From: a virus | Length of the DNA stretch: 64,000 nt | Reading direction: 5' to 3' (one strand) | IMG/VR virus record: IMGVR_UViG_3300023179_000030 | Span: 32,001 to 96,000 of that record | Shown here: piece after piece, positions 1 through 12,316 of the stretch | Numbering within the stretch: position 1 is the first letter of the stretch | How the letters are laid out: each line of letters starts with the position of its first letter | The notes under the pieces: model-generated | What the model was told of the DNA's origin: nothing | Seen by the model: only the letters and a program-made list of their open reading frames with translations | The model's database searches: none | Made by a program: the position numbers and the translations under genes

Positions 1-2
1 TA

Positions 3-761
3 AGATTCAACCAATTCACGTCTATCAAAGGTAAAAGGAACATAATCTGCATATTCTCCGCAGGTTTCGTGAAGTGCGCCAAGATCTGTAGTGACTATTC
101 GGCACCCTGCTGCTCCTGCTTCTATAGCTGCTAGGCAACTAGTTTCTTCAAAGGTGCTGGGATATGCCAGTATATGTGAAGATTGTAATGCTGATCTAAT
201 TGCTCGATTCATTGCATAGCCGCGGTAAATCACACCTGAAGTTCTTCGGCATCGTTCAAATAATGCATCATAGGTTCTCCCCACCGCATCACTGTATCCT
301 TTTCCGTAGATTATATTCGAAGAATACACGACCAGTTCAATGTCGTCACGATTAAGCAAATCAAAGACGTCCAATAGAACATCTAGCCCCCTAAATGGCA
401 TAGAGGTATAGATTAGCCTTATCTTTTCCTTGGGTTTGTCTCGTAATTCTATGGGTTCGATGGCGTTGTAAATAACGTGGTTGTTGGATTCCGAAATATC
501 AAATTGTTGTTTAAATTTGTCTAATTGCCAGTTACTTACATAGACATAGTGATCTATAGATTTGATAAAATCAGGGTCATTTAGACCCTGAACTACCCCT
601 TGATTGGGCATTACATGTTGCCAAACGACGTTTTTTCGCCCTGTATCAATGATATTTTTATCGCAGCGACTTAGTACAAGATTGACAGTTTGTTGCCAAT
701 CTTGGCCTAAGTATCGTAACAGATTATTATAGAGTAATTCCGATCCACCTAAGGGATTCAT
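3..761 (-). CDS. Glycosyltransferase, GT-B fold (GT4-like); 3' end runs off the window
   Basis: Not in the ORF track; manual translation from ATG at 761: MNPLGGSELLY...LIYTSMPFRGLDVLL...HILAYPSTFEETSCLAAIEAGAAGCRIVTTDLGALHET. PS..EE.SC.A..EA.A.G..(I/V)VTT..GAL.ET is the GT4 nucleotide-sugar-binding signature. Confidence 0.85.
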   Translation of the reverse strand, partial: MNPLGGSELLYNNLLRYLGQDWQQTVNLVLSRCDKNIIDTGRKNVVWQHVMPNQGVVQGLNDPDFIKSIDHYVYVSNWQLDKFKQQFDISESNNHVIYNAIEPIELRDKPKEKIRLIYTSMPFRGLDVLLDVFDLLNRDDIELVVYSSNIIYGKGYSDAVGRTYDALFERCRRTSGVIYRGYAMNRAIRSALQSSHILAYPSTFEETSCLAAIEAGAAGCRIVTTDLGALHETCGEYADYVPFTFDRRELVES

Positions 762-789
762 AGTAATTTGCAGTATTGTAGTAATTGAG

Positions 790-3700
790 TTAACTGCTAT
801 TACTTATGCGATACTCCAGTGCAGTTAAGCGTTTTTTCAATGAGTCGTTTTCAGCAGCTAATTCTTGAATTGCTCGGACCATAACTGGTAGCAGCTTTCC
901 TGGGGTAGCCTCCAATCGTTCTGGATTATCTTCCAGTACCAATGGTAACCAATCTTTGATACCAAAACGCTCTGTTAACTCCAGCAATTCCTGTGCGATA
1001 AATCCTGCTTCTTTAACACCAATTTTAGCACCGTCACGCATAGCCCAAGTAAACTTAACTGGTCTCAGTTCCCTAATAAATTCAAGACCCAGTGGGATTG
1101 TTTCAATTTCCGTCTTATCACGCAAATCAGATAGTGCAGTGATAGTAGTCACTTGGGCCCGTATAGTTGCAATATTAGTATCACCTAAGGTAATAGTATT
1201 AGAACTGGTTGCTGATGCGCCTTGTGCATTACAGCCTATAAAAGTATTATTATTACCAGTAGTATTTCCACTACCGGATGAATAGCCAAAAGCGGAATTA
1301 TTATTTCCGGTGGTGTTATTATATAAAGCACCATAACCTACAGCAACGTTAATACACCCAATCGTATTAGCATACATTGCGGCTGCCCCAATGGCAATAT
1401 TGTGACTTCCGGTGGTGTTTGTATAAAGGGTGCACCCACCAAAAGCAAAATTAAAATTACCAGTAGAATTACCATAAAGAACCCTACACCCCTGAGCAAA
1501 ATTACCAGTACCGTTATTGCTATGCAGTGCTCTATACCCTTGTGCGAAGTTTACACTACCAGTGGAGTTAAAATATAGTGATCTATAACCTTGTGTAAAA
1601 TTATATGATCCCGAAGTATTCGAAGTCAAGTCTCGAAATCCCGCTGCAAAATTATAATTACCAGTAGTATTAGAACAAAGAACTGCTGCCCCATGAGCAA
1701 AATTATAACTACCAGTGGTGTTACTGCATAAAGCACCATACCCGCTGGAAAAATTATAACTACCAGACTGTGTTGTATTACCGGCGCGAGCCAATCCTAT
1801 ATTATTTAAATTATTATCTATATATGCTGCGTTTCCACCTGCAGTTATAACGGCTGTACTAGTCATACCAGCGGTGCCGGCAAAAGAACCAACAATAGTG
1901 TTATTGCAACCAGTGGTTATCGCATTGCCGGCGCCATTGCCTAATCCAACGTTATTAATACCACTAGTACTAGAACACAATGCACAAGAACCAATAGCTA
2001 CATTTTGATTCCCGGTGATGTTTTGAGACAGCGCACCCGCACCTAAACTTGTATTACCATATCCAGTGGTATTTGAGCATAGTGAGTTAGTACCAATTGC
2101 GATATCATTATAACCTGTGGTGTTTTTCGAAAGTGCAGCACACCCTATTGCAGTATTACATCCGCCGGTGGTATTCACCGCTAATGCACAATATCCAACG
2201 GCAAAATTGTTAGTACCAAAAGTGTTTTTACCTAAAACGCAATAACCCACAGCAAAATTATTAGCCCCAGTAGTACTCACGGTCATGACGCAGTACCCTA
2301 CAGCAAAGTTATTAGCCCCCGTAGTATTAGCTGACAATGATTTATATCCTTGGGCAAAATTATTACATCCAAATGTATTTTTACTCAAGGTGCAAAAGCC
2401 GACGGCGAAGTTATTTGTACCTGTTGTTCCTATGGCCAATGAGCAATAACCAACTGCATAATTATTAGCACCAGTGGTATTGGCTGATAGTGATCTATAC
2501 CCTTGAGCAAAATTGTTGCATCCCGACGTATTCAATGCTAGGGCGCAATATCCAACAGCAAGGTTATGGCTACCGGAGACATTTGAAGCCAACGTGCAAT
2601 ATCCTGAAGCAAAATTGTTACAACCGGAATTCAGTGTCAATGAGTAATATCCTTGTGCAAAATTGTGCAGTGACGAGGTCGTAGCACAGCACATGGCTTT
2701 ATATCCCTGAGCAAAATTATTGGAGCCGCCGGCGCCGGCGAATCGACCAATAGCTGTATTATTAGAGCCGATTCCGGATTTCGCTCCACACCCAATTGCT
2801 AGTCCGCTACTACCAGGTGCACAGGCCAGATCTCCCAATGCAATGGATGAAGAAAACGTGGCACATGCAATTGCGCCGGCGCCAATGGCTATTGATCCCG
2901 TTGAGCCCGCATTGGCTGAGGATCCCAGGGCTACTGTTCTATTTCTGACATTCAAATTTTGACTGGAGGTATTGAACCCAATCGCCACGTTATCAATACC
3001 ATAGGTATCTATACCCAAAGCTCGAAATCCGATTGCCGTATTATTACAACCAGTGGAATTGCTCAGCAAAGCACAATAACCAATGGCAATATTATTAGAA
3101 CCGTAAGTTAAACTTGGTAGCGAGCAATTTCCTATTGCCAAATTAACGGACCCAGTAGTATTCACAGCCAAAGAAAACGACCCCATAGAAAAATTATTAG
3201 CACCAGTGGTATTGGCTGATAATGATCTATACCCCTGGGCAAAATTGTTAGATCCTGAAACAGTTAATGCTAGTGCACAATATCCTACAGCAAAGTTATT
3301 GGACCCGGTAATATTTGAATACAAAGCACAATACCCCACAGCAAAGTTATTAACTCCAGTGGCGTTTGAAAATAGAGACTTGTAACCCTGTGCGAAATTA
3401 TTGGACCCCGATGTATTTGATGTTAGTGCCCTGTATCCTTGAGCAAAATTATGGCATCCACCATTATTTTTGTTTAACGAGCATGCTCCAGCAGCAAAAT
3501 TATTATTACCAGAAATTAAAGTCCCCACCCCAACCGTGAAACCAGATCCAGTTCCACCCAGACTAGTATTGGGGGCCGTAAATATAGTAGTGGAATCAAT
3601 ACTTGCCCCTGGAGAGTTAACTGTGACAGTTGATACTGCACCCGCCGCCACAGTAATATTTGCAGTTGGAAACAACAATGGCGCTGGCCCAGACGATAAG

Positions 3701-6700
3701 GTTAAAGTAACATTATTATAAGTGCCATTTTGATATCCAGATCCAGGGACCAATGCACCAAAAGTTCCTAATATTGATTCATTAATAAGGGCATTTTCAC
3801 CCAATGCAATATTATTACTACCGACAATATTTTTATAACCTGCACAATACCCGATGGCGATGTTATTTTTACCCGCACATGAGGCATACATTGCATTACA
3901 TCCTATCGCTGTGTTATTAGTCCCGGTGGCGTTACAGTAGAGCGCTAGATATCCTTGAGCAAAGTTGTTAGAGCCAGTGGTGTTTTTGCTCAGTGCAAAA
4001 GCACCTTGTGCGAAGTTATTTGATCCAGTGGAGTTGCAGCAGAGTGCCCGGCAACCAATAGCAGTATTATTATTACCAGCAGTGTTGCCGTAGATTGCGT
4101 TAAAACCTAGAGCCGCATTATTACTGCCAGCGTTATTGCGTAAGCTGTTGGTGCCTATTGCCAAATTTTGGTTACCTGCTGTACTGTTCTCTAATGCACT
4201 TTGGCCAATAGCTATATTATAGCAAGAGACTGTACTTAGTTTCAGCGCGCAACCACCAATAGCGATATTATACAGACCGGTAGTGTTAGCGTACAACGCG
4301 CACGTACCTAGAGCGATGCCCAGGCCGCCGGTGTTGCTATACATAGCATTATGACCCACAGCCAAATTATAGCTGCCTGTGGTATTGTTTCTTAATGCAC
4401 AAAATCCTGTGGCTATATTTCCCACTCCTGAGGTATTAGATATTAATGTACCAGCGCCAACAGCAGTATTATTATAACCATAGATGTTACTGCATAATGC
4501 CAAGTTTCCTATAGCAGTATTTCCATAACCGGTGGTATTCTTAGCCAATGCACAATAACCAATAGCAGTGTTGCATACACCGGTCGTGGTCATTGATAGT
4601 GCTTCGCGACCAATAGCTATATTATTACCTGCGGCATTGCTGTTGTATAATGCACAAAGCCCAATTGCTATGCTGTCTGATCCAGTTGTATTTGAATACA
4701 GTGACTGAGCCCCAAATGCAATATTATTGCAACCCGAGGTATTTTGGCGTAATCCGTAAAATCCCAGAGTAGCATTACACCTACCCGAAGTGTTATTAAC
4801 TGCCGCCCCATATCCCACAACAGCATTACCGGAACCAGTTGTATTGCCGTATAACGCTACATTACCTATAGCTATATTATTACATCCAGTGGTATTTTTG
4901 GGTAATGCCCCGTAACCTATAGCCGTATTACCATTACCAATAGTGTTTAGCCTTAATGCACATGTCCCAAAAGCAGTATTAGCATTACCCGTAGTATTAC
5001 TAGCTAATGCACATAAACCAATAGCAGTGTTGCATAAACCGGTCGTGGTCTTTGACAGTGCTTCGCGACCAATAGCTATATTATTACCTGCGGCATTGCT
5101 GAAGAATAATGCACAAAGCCCAATTGCTATGCTGTCTGATCCAGTGGTGTTGCATCTGAGTGCATATAATCCAATAGCAAAATTATTATTACCAGTGGTG
5201 TTGTTGAAGAGTGCCTGATTTCCAATACCTAAGTTATTACATCCAGTAGTATTGCCGTAGAGTGAGTTATATCCTTGAGCAAAATTATGACAACCAGTGG
5301 TGTTTTTGTTCAGTGCAAAACACCCAATAGCAGTATTATTATTACCAATAGTGTTGCATCTGAGTGCACTAAAACCCTGAGCAAAGTTATTCGAACCAGT
5401 AGTATTGCCGTAGAGTGCAGCTTCTCCAATAGCTATGTTATTACGACCAGTAGTGTTGCATTTGAGGGTTACAATGCCTTGAGCAAAATTAGACGAACCA
5501 GTTGTATTGCAGTAGAGTGCTTTACAACCCTGAGCAAAGTTATTCGAACCAGTAGTGTTGCCGTAGAGCGCCCGATATCCTTGAGCAAAGTTATCATTGC
5601 CAGTAGTGTTGCTGTAGAGCGCCCGATATCCTTGAGCAAAGTTATCTCTGCCAGTGGTGTTGCCGTAGAGTGCTAGGCATCCAACTGCAAAATTATTAGA
5701 ACCAGTCTGTGTGGTATTACCTGCACAGCAACCTATACTAGTATTGCCCAACCCAGTTGTATATCCAAAAACGCCACCTAAAGTAGTTGGGGTAGCCGTC
5801 GACGTTAGCCCAGTTGGACCTTGTGGCCCCTGTGGGCCAGTATTACCTATTGGACCAATTGGACCAGTTGGACCTTGTGGCCCCTGTGCACCAGTATTAC
5901 CTATTGGGCCTTGAGGACCCTGAGGACCAGTTGGACCTTGTGGCCCCTGTGCACCAGTATTACCTATTGGACCAATTGGACCAGTTGGACCTTGTGGCCC
6001 TTGTGGGCCAGTATTACCTATTGGACCAGTTGGACCCTGAGGGCCTTGTGGGCCAGTATTACCTATTGGACCAGTTGGACCTTGTGGCCCCTGTGGGCCA
6101 GTATTACCTATTGGACCAATTGGACCAGTTGGACCTTGTGGCCCCTGTGGGCCTTGTGGTCCACGTACCCCAACATCCACAATGGTCCAAGAACTGGCTA
6201 GTGTTGTACCTATATTATAGTCTGCACTTATTGCAAAAGAAGTACCACCTGTAATTGTAACTGTTCCTTCAAAAAAGTTTGAAGTTGTATTGACAGCACG
6301 TACTCTTGAACCAGACGCAAATGCTCCTTGTTTATTGGTGGTTAATGTTATGGTACCAGTTGATGCCGGTGTAGCTGTTGTAGTGGATGTTACACCATCA
6401 TATCCTAATCCTGTGGGGCCCTGTGGGCCTTGTGGACCAGTATTACCTATTGGACCCTGAGGGCCCTGAGGGCCAGTTGGTCCTTGTGGTCCTTGTACGC
6501 CAGTATTACCTATTGGACCAGTTGGACCTTGTGGTCCTTGTGGTCCTTGTGCACCTGTTCCCCCACCTGACCCCGAAGGGCCTTGTGGTCCTTGTGGACC
6601 TGTTGGACCTTGTGGCCCCTGTGCACCAGTATTACCTATTGGACCAGTTGGACCTTGTGGCCCTTGTGCGCCAGTATTACCTATTGGGCCTTGAGGACCC

Positions 6701-8214
6701 TGAGGGCCAGTTGGTCCTTGTGGTCCTTGTGCACCTGTTCCCCCACCTGACCCCGAAGGTCCTTGAGGGCCTTGTGTACCAGTTGGGCCCTGAGGTCCTT
6801 GTGGACCAGTATTACCTATTGGTCCAATTGGACCAGTTGGGCCCTGTGGGCCAGTATTACCTATTGGGCCAATTGGGCCAGTTGGTCCTTGAGGCCCTTG
6901 TGCACCAGTGGGACCTTGTGGACCTTGTGCACCTGTACCCCCACCTGACCCCGAAGGACCTTGTGGTCCCTGTGGACCAGTATTACCTATTGGGCCTTGA
7001 GGGCCTTGTGGTCCCTGTACGCCAGTTCCCTGTGGGCCTTGCGATCCCTGTGGACCAGTTGGACCTTGAGGTCCTTGTACGCCAGTTCCCTGTGGGCCTT
7101 GCGATCCCTGAGGACCAGTTGGTCCTTGTGGTCCTTGTACGCCAGTTCCCTGTGGGCCTTGCGATCCCTGTGGACCAGTTGGTCCTTGTGGTCCTTGTGC
7201 ACCAGTGTTACCTGTTAGACCCTGTGGGCCCTGTGGTCCTTGTACACCTGTATTACCTATTGGTCCAGTTGGACCTTGTGGTCCTTGTGCACCAGTGTTA
7301 CCTGTTAGACCCTGTGGTCCTTGCGATCCCTGTGGACCAGTTGGTCCTTGTGGTCCTTGTGCACCTGTTCCCCCACCTGACCCCGAAGGTCCTTGAGGTC
7401 CTTGTGGGCCAGTATTACCTGTTATTCCTTGTGGCCCTTGGCTTCCCTGCGGACCAGTTGGTCCTTGTGGACCTTGAAGGCCAGTGGGACCTTGAGGTCC
7501 GGTTTGTCCAGTTGGACCTTGACTGCCCTGTGGACCAGTTGGGCCTTGTGCACCGGTAATGCCCGGTGGTCCAACTGGGCCAATAGGTCCAGTTGGACCT
7601 TGTGGTCCTTCATTGCCTAAGGGACCTATTGGCCCTATAGGGCCAGTTGGGCCTTGTGGTCCTTCATCACCTTGTATACCTTGAATACCACGTAAACCTT
7701 GTGGGCCTTGTGGTCCTTGTGCCCCAGCACTATTCTGAACGTCAAACCTAATTGTTTGTGGATTTTGATTGCCATCTAATGTTATGGTGATATTGTCACC
7801 TGCAATAAATTCTACAGTATCCAATCCATGAGCTACTAGATTAGCTGTGCCACCTGGGGTAACCCAATACTTAAAGGTGGAATTCATGGCAATTTTAACT
7901 GCGCCGGCACCTAGATCGAGAACGTCAAAGCCTGACTCAACATCAAACCTTAAAGTATCTACATTTGATATTACATTGCTTGTAACATTGGCATTGTTTA
8001 TCAAGCTGACTGCATTTATCCCACCGGAACCCATTGGTGAACCATTGGAATAGAAAAATCCAGCTGCACTAATATTCCCCGTAGATATCACGGTTTGTGC
8101 AGTCAATGAAGTAATATTTGCTACATTAGTAGTTAGTGTATTGGTGGTTGCAGTATTTAATACAACATTACTATTGCTGGAGATTAGACTACCAGGTACC
8201 TTGGTTAGAGACAT
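790..8214 (-). CDS. Giant collagen-like tail fibre (2474 aa) with beta-solenoid repeats and C-terminal intramolecular chaperone (peptidase S74-like)
   Basis: GPQ/GPT/GPI triplet tract, then many ~14-aa NTTGxxNxAxGxxAL repeats, then SDLRDK...LRPVKFTW...GFIAQEL plus coiled coil typical of S74 auto-cleaving chaperones. TAAATA and AAGGA upstream. Confidence 0.85.
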   Translation of the reverse strand: MSLTKVPGSLISSNSNVVLNTATTNTLTTNVANITSLTAQTVISTGNISAAGFFYSNGSPMGSGGINAVSLINNANVTSNVISNVDTLRFDVESGFDVLDLGAGAVKIAMNSTFKYWVTPGGTANLVAHGLDTVEFIAGDNITITLDGNQNPQTIRFDVQNSAGAQGPQGPQGLRGIQGIQGDEGPQGPTGPIGPIGPLGNEGPQGPTGPIGPVGPPGITGAQGPTGPQGSQGPTGQTGPQGPTGLQGPQGPTGPQGSQGPQGITGNTGPQGPQGPSGSGGGTGAQGPQGPTGPQGSQGPQGLTGNTGAQGPQGPTGPIGNTGVQGPQGPQGLTGNTGAQGPQGPTGPQGSQGPQGTGVQGPQGPTGPQGSQGPQGTGVQGPQGPTGPQGSQGPQGTGVQGPQGPQGPIGNTGPQGPQGPSGSGGGTGAQGPQGPTGAQGPQGPTGPIGPIGNTGPQGPTGPIGPIGNTGPQGPQGPTGTQGPQGPSGSGGGTGAQGPQGPTGPQGPQGPIGNTGAQGPQGPTGPIGNTGAQGPQGPTGPQGPQGPSGSGGGTGAQGPQGPQGPTGPIGNTGVQGPQGPTGPQGPQGPIGNTGPQGPQGPTGLGYDGVTSTTTATPASTGTITLTTNKQGAFASGSRVRAVNTTSNFFEGTVTITGGTSFAISADYNIGTTLASSWTIVDVGVRGPQGPQGPQGPTGPIGPIGNTGPQGPQGPTGPIGNTGPQGPQGPTGPIGNTGPQGPQGPTGPIGPIGNTGAQGPQGPTGPQGPQGPIGNTGAQGPQGPTGPIGPIGNTGPQGPQGPTGLTSTATPTTLGGVFGYTTGLGNTSIGCCAGNTTQTGSNNFAVGCLALYGNTTGRDNFAQGYRALYSNTTGNDNFAQGYRALYGNTTGSNNFAQGCKALYCNTTGSSNFAQGIVTLKCNTTGRNNIAIGEAALYGNTTGSNNFAQGFSALRCNTIGNNNTAIGCFALNKNTTGCHNFAQGYNSLYGNTTGCNNLGIGNQALFNNTTGNNNFAIGLYALRCNTTGSDSIAIGLCALFFSNAAGNNIAIGREALSKTTTGLCNTAIGLCALASNTTGNANTAFGTCALRLNTIGNGNTAIGYGALPKNTTGCNNIAIGNVALYGNTTGSGNAVVGYGAAVNNTSGRCNATLGFYGLRQNTSGCNNIAFGAQSLYSNTTGSDSIAIGLCALYNSNAAGNNIAIGREALSMTTTGVCNTAIGYCALAKNTTGYGNTAIGNLALCSNIYGYNNTAVGAGTLISNTSGVGNIATGFCALRNNTTGSYNLAVGHNAMYSNTGGLGIALGTCALYANTTGLYNIAIGGCALKLSTVSCYNIAIGQSALENSTAGNQNLAIGTNSLRNNAGSNNAALGFNAIYGNTAGNNNTAIGCRALCCNSTGSNNFAQGAFALSKNTTGSNNFAQGYLALYCNATGTNNTAIGCNAMYASCAGKNNIAIGYCAGYKNIVGSNNIALGENALINESILGTFGALVPGSGYQNGTYNNVTLTLSSGPAPLLFPTANITVAAGAVSTVTVNSPGASIDSTTIFTAPNTSLGGTGSGFTVGVGTLISGNNNFAAGACSLNKNNGGCHNFAQGYRALTSNTSGSNNFAQGYKSLFSNATGVNNFAVGYCALYSNITGSNNFAVGYCALALTVSGSNNFAQGYRSLSANTTGANNFSMGSFSLAVNTTGSVNLAIGNCSLPSLTYGSNNIAIGYCALLSNSTGCNNTAIGFRALGIDTYGIDNVAIGFNTSSQNLNVRNRTVALGSSANAGSTGSIAIGAGAIACATFSSSIALGDLACAPGSSGLAIGCGAKSGIGSNNTAIGRFAGAGGSNNFAQGYKAMCCATTSSLHNFAQGYYSLTLNSGCNNFASGYCTLASNVSGSHNLAVGYCALALNTSGCNNFAQGYRSLSANTTGANNYAVGYCSLAIGTTGTNNFAVGFCTLSKNTFGCNNFAQGYKSLSANTTGANNFAVGYCVMTVSTTGANNFAVGYCVLGKNTFGTNNFAVGYCALAVNTTGGCNTAIGCAALSKNTTGYNDIAIGTNSLCSNTTGYGNTSLGAGALSQNITGNQNVAIGSCALCSSTSGINNVGLGNGAGNAITTGCNNTIVGSFAGTAGMTSTAVITAGGNAAYIDNNLNNIGLARAGNTTQSGSYNFSSGYGALCSNTTGSYNFAHGAAVLCSNTTGNYNFAAGFRDLTSNTSGSYNFTQGYRSLYFNSTGSVNFAQGYRALHSNNGTGNFAQGCRVLYGNSTGNFNFAFGGCTLYTNTTGSHNIAIGAAAMYANTIGCINVAVGYGALYNNTTGNNNSAFGYSSGSGNTTGNNNTFIGCNAQGASATSSNTITLGDTNIATIRAQVTTITALSDLRDKTEIETIPLGLEFIRELRPVKFTWAMRDGAKIGVKEAGFIAQELLELTERFGIKDWLPLVLEDNPERLEATPGKLLPVMVRAIQELAAENDSLKKRLTALEYRISNSS
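5810..7725. repeat. Collagen-coding 9-bp-period repeat tract with higher-order tandem units (three near-identical 60-bp units at ~7021-7200)
   Basis: Lines starting 7021, 7081 and 7141 are almost identical; ggacc(t/c)tgtgg units throughout; interrupted by a non-collagen insert at ~6170-6410. Confidence 0.95.
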
Positions 8215-8231
8215 CGATTATCCTTTTTGTA

Positions 8232-8237
8232 TATTTA
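8232..8237 (-). promoter_or_regulatory. Putative T4-like late promoter (TAAATA) for the 2474-aa fibre
   Basis: GCTAAATATACAAAAAGGATAATCGATG on minus strand; same hexamer recurs before many virion genes. Confidence 0.6.
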
Positions 8238-8336
8238 GCACCGAATTGTAAATGTATCTATAGTCGAGTTTTTTTCCAAAAGAGGTTATACACATGATTA
8301 GATGTTTTATCATGTGTTTTGTTGTTTTATCAAAAT

Positions 8337-8504
8337 TTAAACTAAAGCGTCTTTTAATTGCTGCACTGTAAGTTCAGTTGAAGTTATATCAGCATCAATG
8401 TTTGCTAACATTTCCAAATTGCCAGTACTTAGTGCAGATTTTCTTGCTTCGGTAAGATTCAGCAATCTATTTTGCATTATAATTAAGATATCCTGTAATT
8501 TCAT
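8337..8504 (-). CDS. Small helical/coiled-coil hypothetical protein (55 aa)
   Basis: Below ORF-track cutoff. MKLQDILIIMQNRLLNLTEARKSALSTGNLEMLANIDADITSTELTVQQLKDALV*, with AAGAGG RBS; follows the 1099-aa gene directly. Confidence 0.75.
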   Translation of the reverse strand: MKLQDILIIMQNRLLNLTEARKSALSTGNLEMLANIDADITSTELTVQQLKDALV

Positions 8505-8516
8505 TAACTTGCCTCT

Positions 8517-11500
8517 TTAAAAGAATAATAGCTCTCGGAAATGTTCTTGTTGCTGTTGTCGATTTACCCATAGATATTTTAAACCATCAACAGTTACAAA
8601 GATTTCCATCTTATTGCCAATACCTGCGGTACCAGCCACATAGGGGAATATCCCTGCACCGTGAACCCAATTTGTATTGACGTCAAGGTAATATAGCCTT
8701 TGGGTTACGTCTTTTGTAAAGTATATCCTGTCACCACCATCATAAGCAAACATAGACCCAGAACCCAGTGTTTCAGTAAAAGGTATTAGATATGTTAAAA
8801 CAACACGATCAGTGGTGAGGTCAAGTCTGTCAATACCCACAGAGGCACCGCAACGAGGCATCCAGAGATATCTACCCTTAGTTGCAGCTGGTGTATTAGC
8901 TGACGCCCAAACTAGTTCATGTCCGGCCCCTTTAACTGGAATAGATAGTAATGAGTAAACTGCAACGTTGGCCAATGGGGCGGTGGCCAAACCAAAGGTA
9001 AGTGTGCCGGTTGTTGGGGCAACAGCAGTAATAACCAACTCCTGATTCAGACCAGTAGCACCACTTTGTACTTTGATCCTTCTACCAACCAATGATTGGT
9101 TCCAGGCTGCACAAGTAATTGTACCAGACACTGCACCTGAGTGAGCAACGTCAACGGTAAGTGTTGTTGTGCCTGCACCAGAAATAATTTTAGCACCGGT
9201 ATTAATACCTGTACCAGTTACATACCATCCGTTTACATTGCCTGGAGCCGCAGCACTTAAGGTAATTGTGGTACCTTGTGCAGAGCCTGTACCGGTTGCA
9301 GTAGCCCAAAATGCACTGGCATCCACCAATGTTGTTGTAGAGCCACCTGTTGCAACACCAGCATTATATGTAGTGGTTGTTTGGTCCATTGCTGCACCTA
9401 TTAACTCTTTTGCTGTTATTACATATCTGCTAATAGCACCTGTTGGTGCTGTACCTAGAGCAGCGATGAAACCCATAGTACCACCACCAACACCAGAACT
9501 TGTAGCTTGCATTAGCTGAGTGGCTTGTAAACCTGTTGTAGCCACAGGAGCTGCTGTGGCTGATACAATTTGACGACCTGCTACGTTTGGTGGGTAGAAA
9601 GTAATATTACCTGATACGATACCAGTACATGCATTAGATAGTGTAATTGTTGCTGTACCAGCACCACTTGTGACGGTTGTACCAATCGCAATACCTGTAC
9701 CCACTGCATACCAACCGGTTATCAATGAAGAAGTGTTGGCCGTCATTGTTACTGTTGCAACACCAGCGCCGCCGCCAGATGAGAACGCACTTGTAATTGC
9801 GGTGTTAGGACCCCAAGGCGAGAATGTAATAACACCGCTTGGAACTGCTGCACCTGTTGATAGTGTCACTGTTGTTGTACCGGCACCTGCTGTAACTATT
9901 GCACCTGGAGTTATGTTTGTACCAGATGCATACCAACCATTGATATTAGTGGGAGTGGCTCGAGCAAAAGTGATAGAGGTATTTGTGCCTGAGGATGCAT
10001 TATCTCTAAAATCCTTACTTGCGTCTGAAATGTTAGACGTAGATAGAGCTGTCAGATACGCATAAGTACCAGTACCTGCCGCATTTGGAGTGTAAGTGAA
10101 AGTTGTGGTCGAAGGTACGGTTACAATTTGTACTAAACCTGTGATGTTATACTGATCTGCGGCTGCTGATGTTACACCACGTATACTTACGTATTGACCA
10201 ACTTTAAAATTATGTGCTTGTGTAGTCGTAGCTGTGATTGTTGTGGTTCCAGCAAGAGATGTTATCGAAAACGGCATTTGCTCATATATAGTATGGTTTG
10301 CGTCAGAAAGCAATGCACATGCAATACTAGCTATACCTGTTTCATACATTCTGCCATGAGTTAACATATCAATGTTACCAGCATGGTGCATGAAAACTTC
10401 GGATGAACCACCCCAACCAATATACATGGTGTCACTGGCACCTTGGATTACATATACTGATGTTGTATCTGGTAAAATATGCCAAGGTGAATATACCGTT
10501 AGCGCTGTAGTTGTATTTGATAATATCTGTCGAACTTGTCCTGCACCAGTACCAAATAAAATACGCACAGCATAATTAGTCCAGCGATTTGCAGTCCAAG
10601 ATTTAGTGGTGTCATTAATCGTGTTATATAAGTTAGAACCACTGGATTTACCACCATCGTAACCTATTATCTGATATCTAGATGTTGTATCAGGTGCTGT
10701 AGTGATAGCAGAGAATGTGAGTGTATTAGCTGTGTTACTTGTAATAACTACAATCTGCCCACGACCGGTTCCACTGTAAATATACAACTCATAGCCAGCC
10801 CACTGGTTAACTGCCCAGTTTTGAGTACTATCAGCTAAAGTAGTTGTAGTACCAGCAGTTGCAATGCTTTGAACCCAGAGAGAAGAGTTTTCAGTCATTC
10901 GTTCAATACTTATCTCTGTAGGAGCGGCAACAACCATGTTAGTTGCAGCAGCTTTAGAATACCACGTGTCATGCAACACATCATAGTATTGCATGGTATA
11001 GAATGGTGTAGCGGCTGCGCCTGATACTAACCAAATTGCCCCACTTTGAATGACAAATCTACTGGTATTATCAGGTGTTACATCCCAGGCAGTATCAATA
11101 GTGCAAACTGAAGACTCAATTTGATAAACAGTACCGGCCGCTGGCGCAGTCATAGTGTTATTAGCAAAAGGATCATTTTGGTAAAAGTTAATATCGCCAG
11201 TAGTTAACACTGTGGCCGAATTATATAATATCTTACGAACTTGGTTAGCACCAGTACCGAATAGTGTACGTACAACATATCCAACCCAACCATTGACGTT
11301 GGCTGTGACACCAACATAACCCGAAGTCCAAGTCTTGGCGGTATCAGTTAATGATGTTGTTGAACCTGCTGTTGCACCACCGAAATCTGCTACAACAGGA
11401 TCACTAACTGCTGTAATAACACGTTCTTGGCCAGCACCACGACCACTTACAATACGAACTTTATAACCAACTGCTGAACCGCCAAATGGGAGTCCAGTTG

Positions 11501-11816
11501 TAAATGTTGTTGTCGTAGCAGAAATTACACGATTATAGTAGCCTTGTGCGCCCGAAAAACGCATACTTGATGCTGTTAGGGGTGCCTGAGGAGGAGATGC
11601 CAATTGTTCATAAGTATCAGCAATGGTGTCATATCTCCAAAAGTTAGTGGCGTTTAGAAGGTAATAGATGTAACGTCCAGAGTTTTCATTAAACTGTGAG
11701 GTGTCTGCTACACATGAGCACGATAAACCAGCAGAGGGAACTACCGGAGAAAATCGTAGCCATTCCCATGTAGGTAAGTCTACTTGTTTTCTTAATTGAT
11801 TTGCTGATAAAGCCAT
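8517..11816 (-). CDS. Virion structural/receptor-binding protein (1099 aa), Thr/Gly-rich repeated beta domains with propeller-like termini
   Basis: Repeats D...W..N.W.GY...I..GTG.GQ.R.I..NT...LT.....PD.TS.Y.I; Kelch-like segments (FWRYDTIADTYEQLASPP; LYYLDVNTNWV); located in fibre cluster. Confidence 0.6.
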   Translation of the reverse strand: MALSANQLRKQVDLPTWEWLRFSPVVPSAGLSCSCVADTSQFNENSGRYIYYLLNATNFWRYDTIADTYEQLASPPQAPLTASSMRFSGAQGYYNRVISATTTTFTTGLPFGGSAVGYKVRIVSGRGAGQERVITAVSDPVVADFGGATAGSTTSLTDTAKTWTSGYVGVTANVNGWVGYVVRTLFGTGANQVRKILYNSATVLTTGDINFYQNDPFANNTMTAPAAGTVYQIESSVCTIDTAWDVTPDNTSRFVIQSGAIWLVSGAAATPFYTMQYYDVLHDTWYSKAAATNMVVAAPTEISIERMTENSSLWVQSIATAGTTTTLADSTQNWAVNQWAGYELYIYSGTGRGQIVVITSNTANTLTFSAITTAPDTTSRYQIIGYDGGKSSGSNLYNTINDTTKSWTANRWTNYAVRILFGTGAGQVRQILSNTTTALTVYSPWHILPDTTSVYVIQGASDTMYIGWGGSSEVFMHHAGNIDMLTHGRMYETGIASIACALLSDANHTIYEQMPFSITSLAGTTTITATTTQAHNFKVGQYVSIRGVTSAAADQYNITGLVQIVTVPSTTTFTYTPNAAGTGTYAYLTALSTSNISDASKDFRDNASSGTNTSITFARATPTNINGWYASGTNITPGAIVTAGAGTTTVTLSTGAAVPSGVITFSPWGPNTAITSAFSSGGGAGVATVTMTANTSSLITGWYAVGTGIAIGTTVTSGAGTATITLSNACTGIVSGNITFYPPNVAGRQIVSATAAPVATTGLQATQLMQATSSGVGGGTMGFIAALGTAPTGAISRYVITAKELIGAAMDQTTTTYNAGVATGGSTTTLVDASAFWATATGTGSAQGTTITLSAAAPGNVNGWYVTGTGINTGAKIISGAGTTTLTVDVAHSGAVSGTITCAAWNQSLVGRRIKVQSGATGLNQELVITAVAPTTGTLTFGLATAPLANVAVYSLLSIPVKGAGHELVWASANTPAATKGRYLWMPRCGASVGIDRLDLTTDRVVLTYLIPFTETLGSGSMFAYDGGDRIYFTKDVTQRLYYLDVNTNWVHGAGIFPYVAGTAGIGNKMEIFVTVDGLKYLWVNRQQQQEHFRELLFF

Positions 11817-11837
11817 ATTATGCTATTCCTTATTCTT

Positions 11838-12308
11838 TTAGGTAAATGTTAGTTTACTGCGTATACCAGTGTTGTAGGAAGTTCTGGATACATCAATGAA
11901 TTGTCGTTGATCAACACCACTCAAGTTAACACTGCCTATATTATTAGTTCCTGCGGGTAACGCATTGGTGATACCAGTAACTGCCGTAACTGTGGATACC
12001 GTGGTTACAGTCGAAACTGTTGCCAAAGTCAATGCCGAAGCAATCGAGTCTAAGGTAATACGTTGACGATTACCCGCATCTGTGGCATTTTGAGATTCCA
12101 TTAGTTTAAGCATTCTGCGTAATAATATTATCTGCTCATCAATGCTGCCCGCTGCTGACCTAAAAATTTGTCCTTGAGCGTCATTACTAGGTGATACACT
12201 AATAGGAGTAGTTAATTTGGAATTGATATTAGCCAGAGTTTCCTGAGTAGCTGGGTTTATCAGATTCCCCGAACTATCCTTGACCTTTGTTGTTTCAAAA
12301 TATGCCAT
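11838..12308 (-). CDS. Hypothetical virion protein (start re-assigned to ATG 12308, MAYFETTK)
   Basis: TAGGAAAAATA precedes ATG 12308; track start overlaps the upstream gene; Thr/Val-rich TVSTVTTV repeat. Confidence 0.65.
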   Translation of the reverse strand: MAYFETTKVKDSSGNLINPATQETLANINSKLTTPISVSPSNDAQGQIFRSAAGSIDEQIILLRRMLKLMESQNATDAGNRQRITLDSIASALTLATVSTVTTVSTVTAVTGITNALPAGTNNIGSVNLSGVDQRQFIDVSRTSYNTGIRSKLTFT

Positions 12309-12316
12309 TATTTTTC

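Noticed and set aside
4561-5150. ~126-bp duplicated segment as a DGR template/variable repeat pair
   Set aside because: Mismatches are not confined to adenines on either strand, both copies are in-frame coding repeats, and no reverse transcriptase is in the window.
5810-7725. Regular repeats as a CRISPR array
   Set aside because: No unique spacers; repeats encode Gly-X-Y in a long ORF; no cas genes.
8290-8317. ACACATGAT/ATCATGTGT inverted repeat as terminator
   Set aside because: AT-rich stem, 10-nt loop, and the U-tract is on the non-coding strand; too weak to call.
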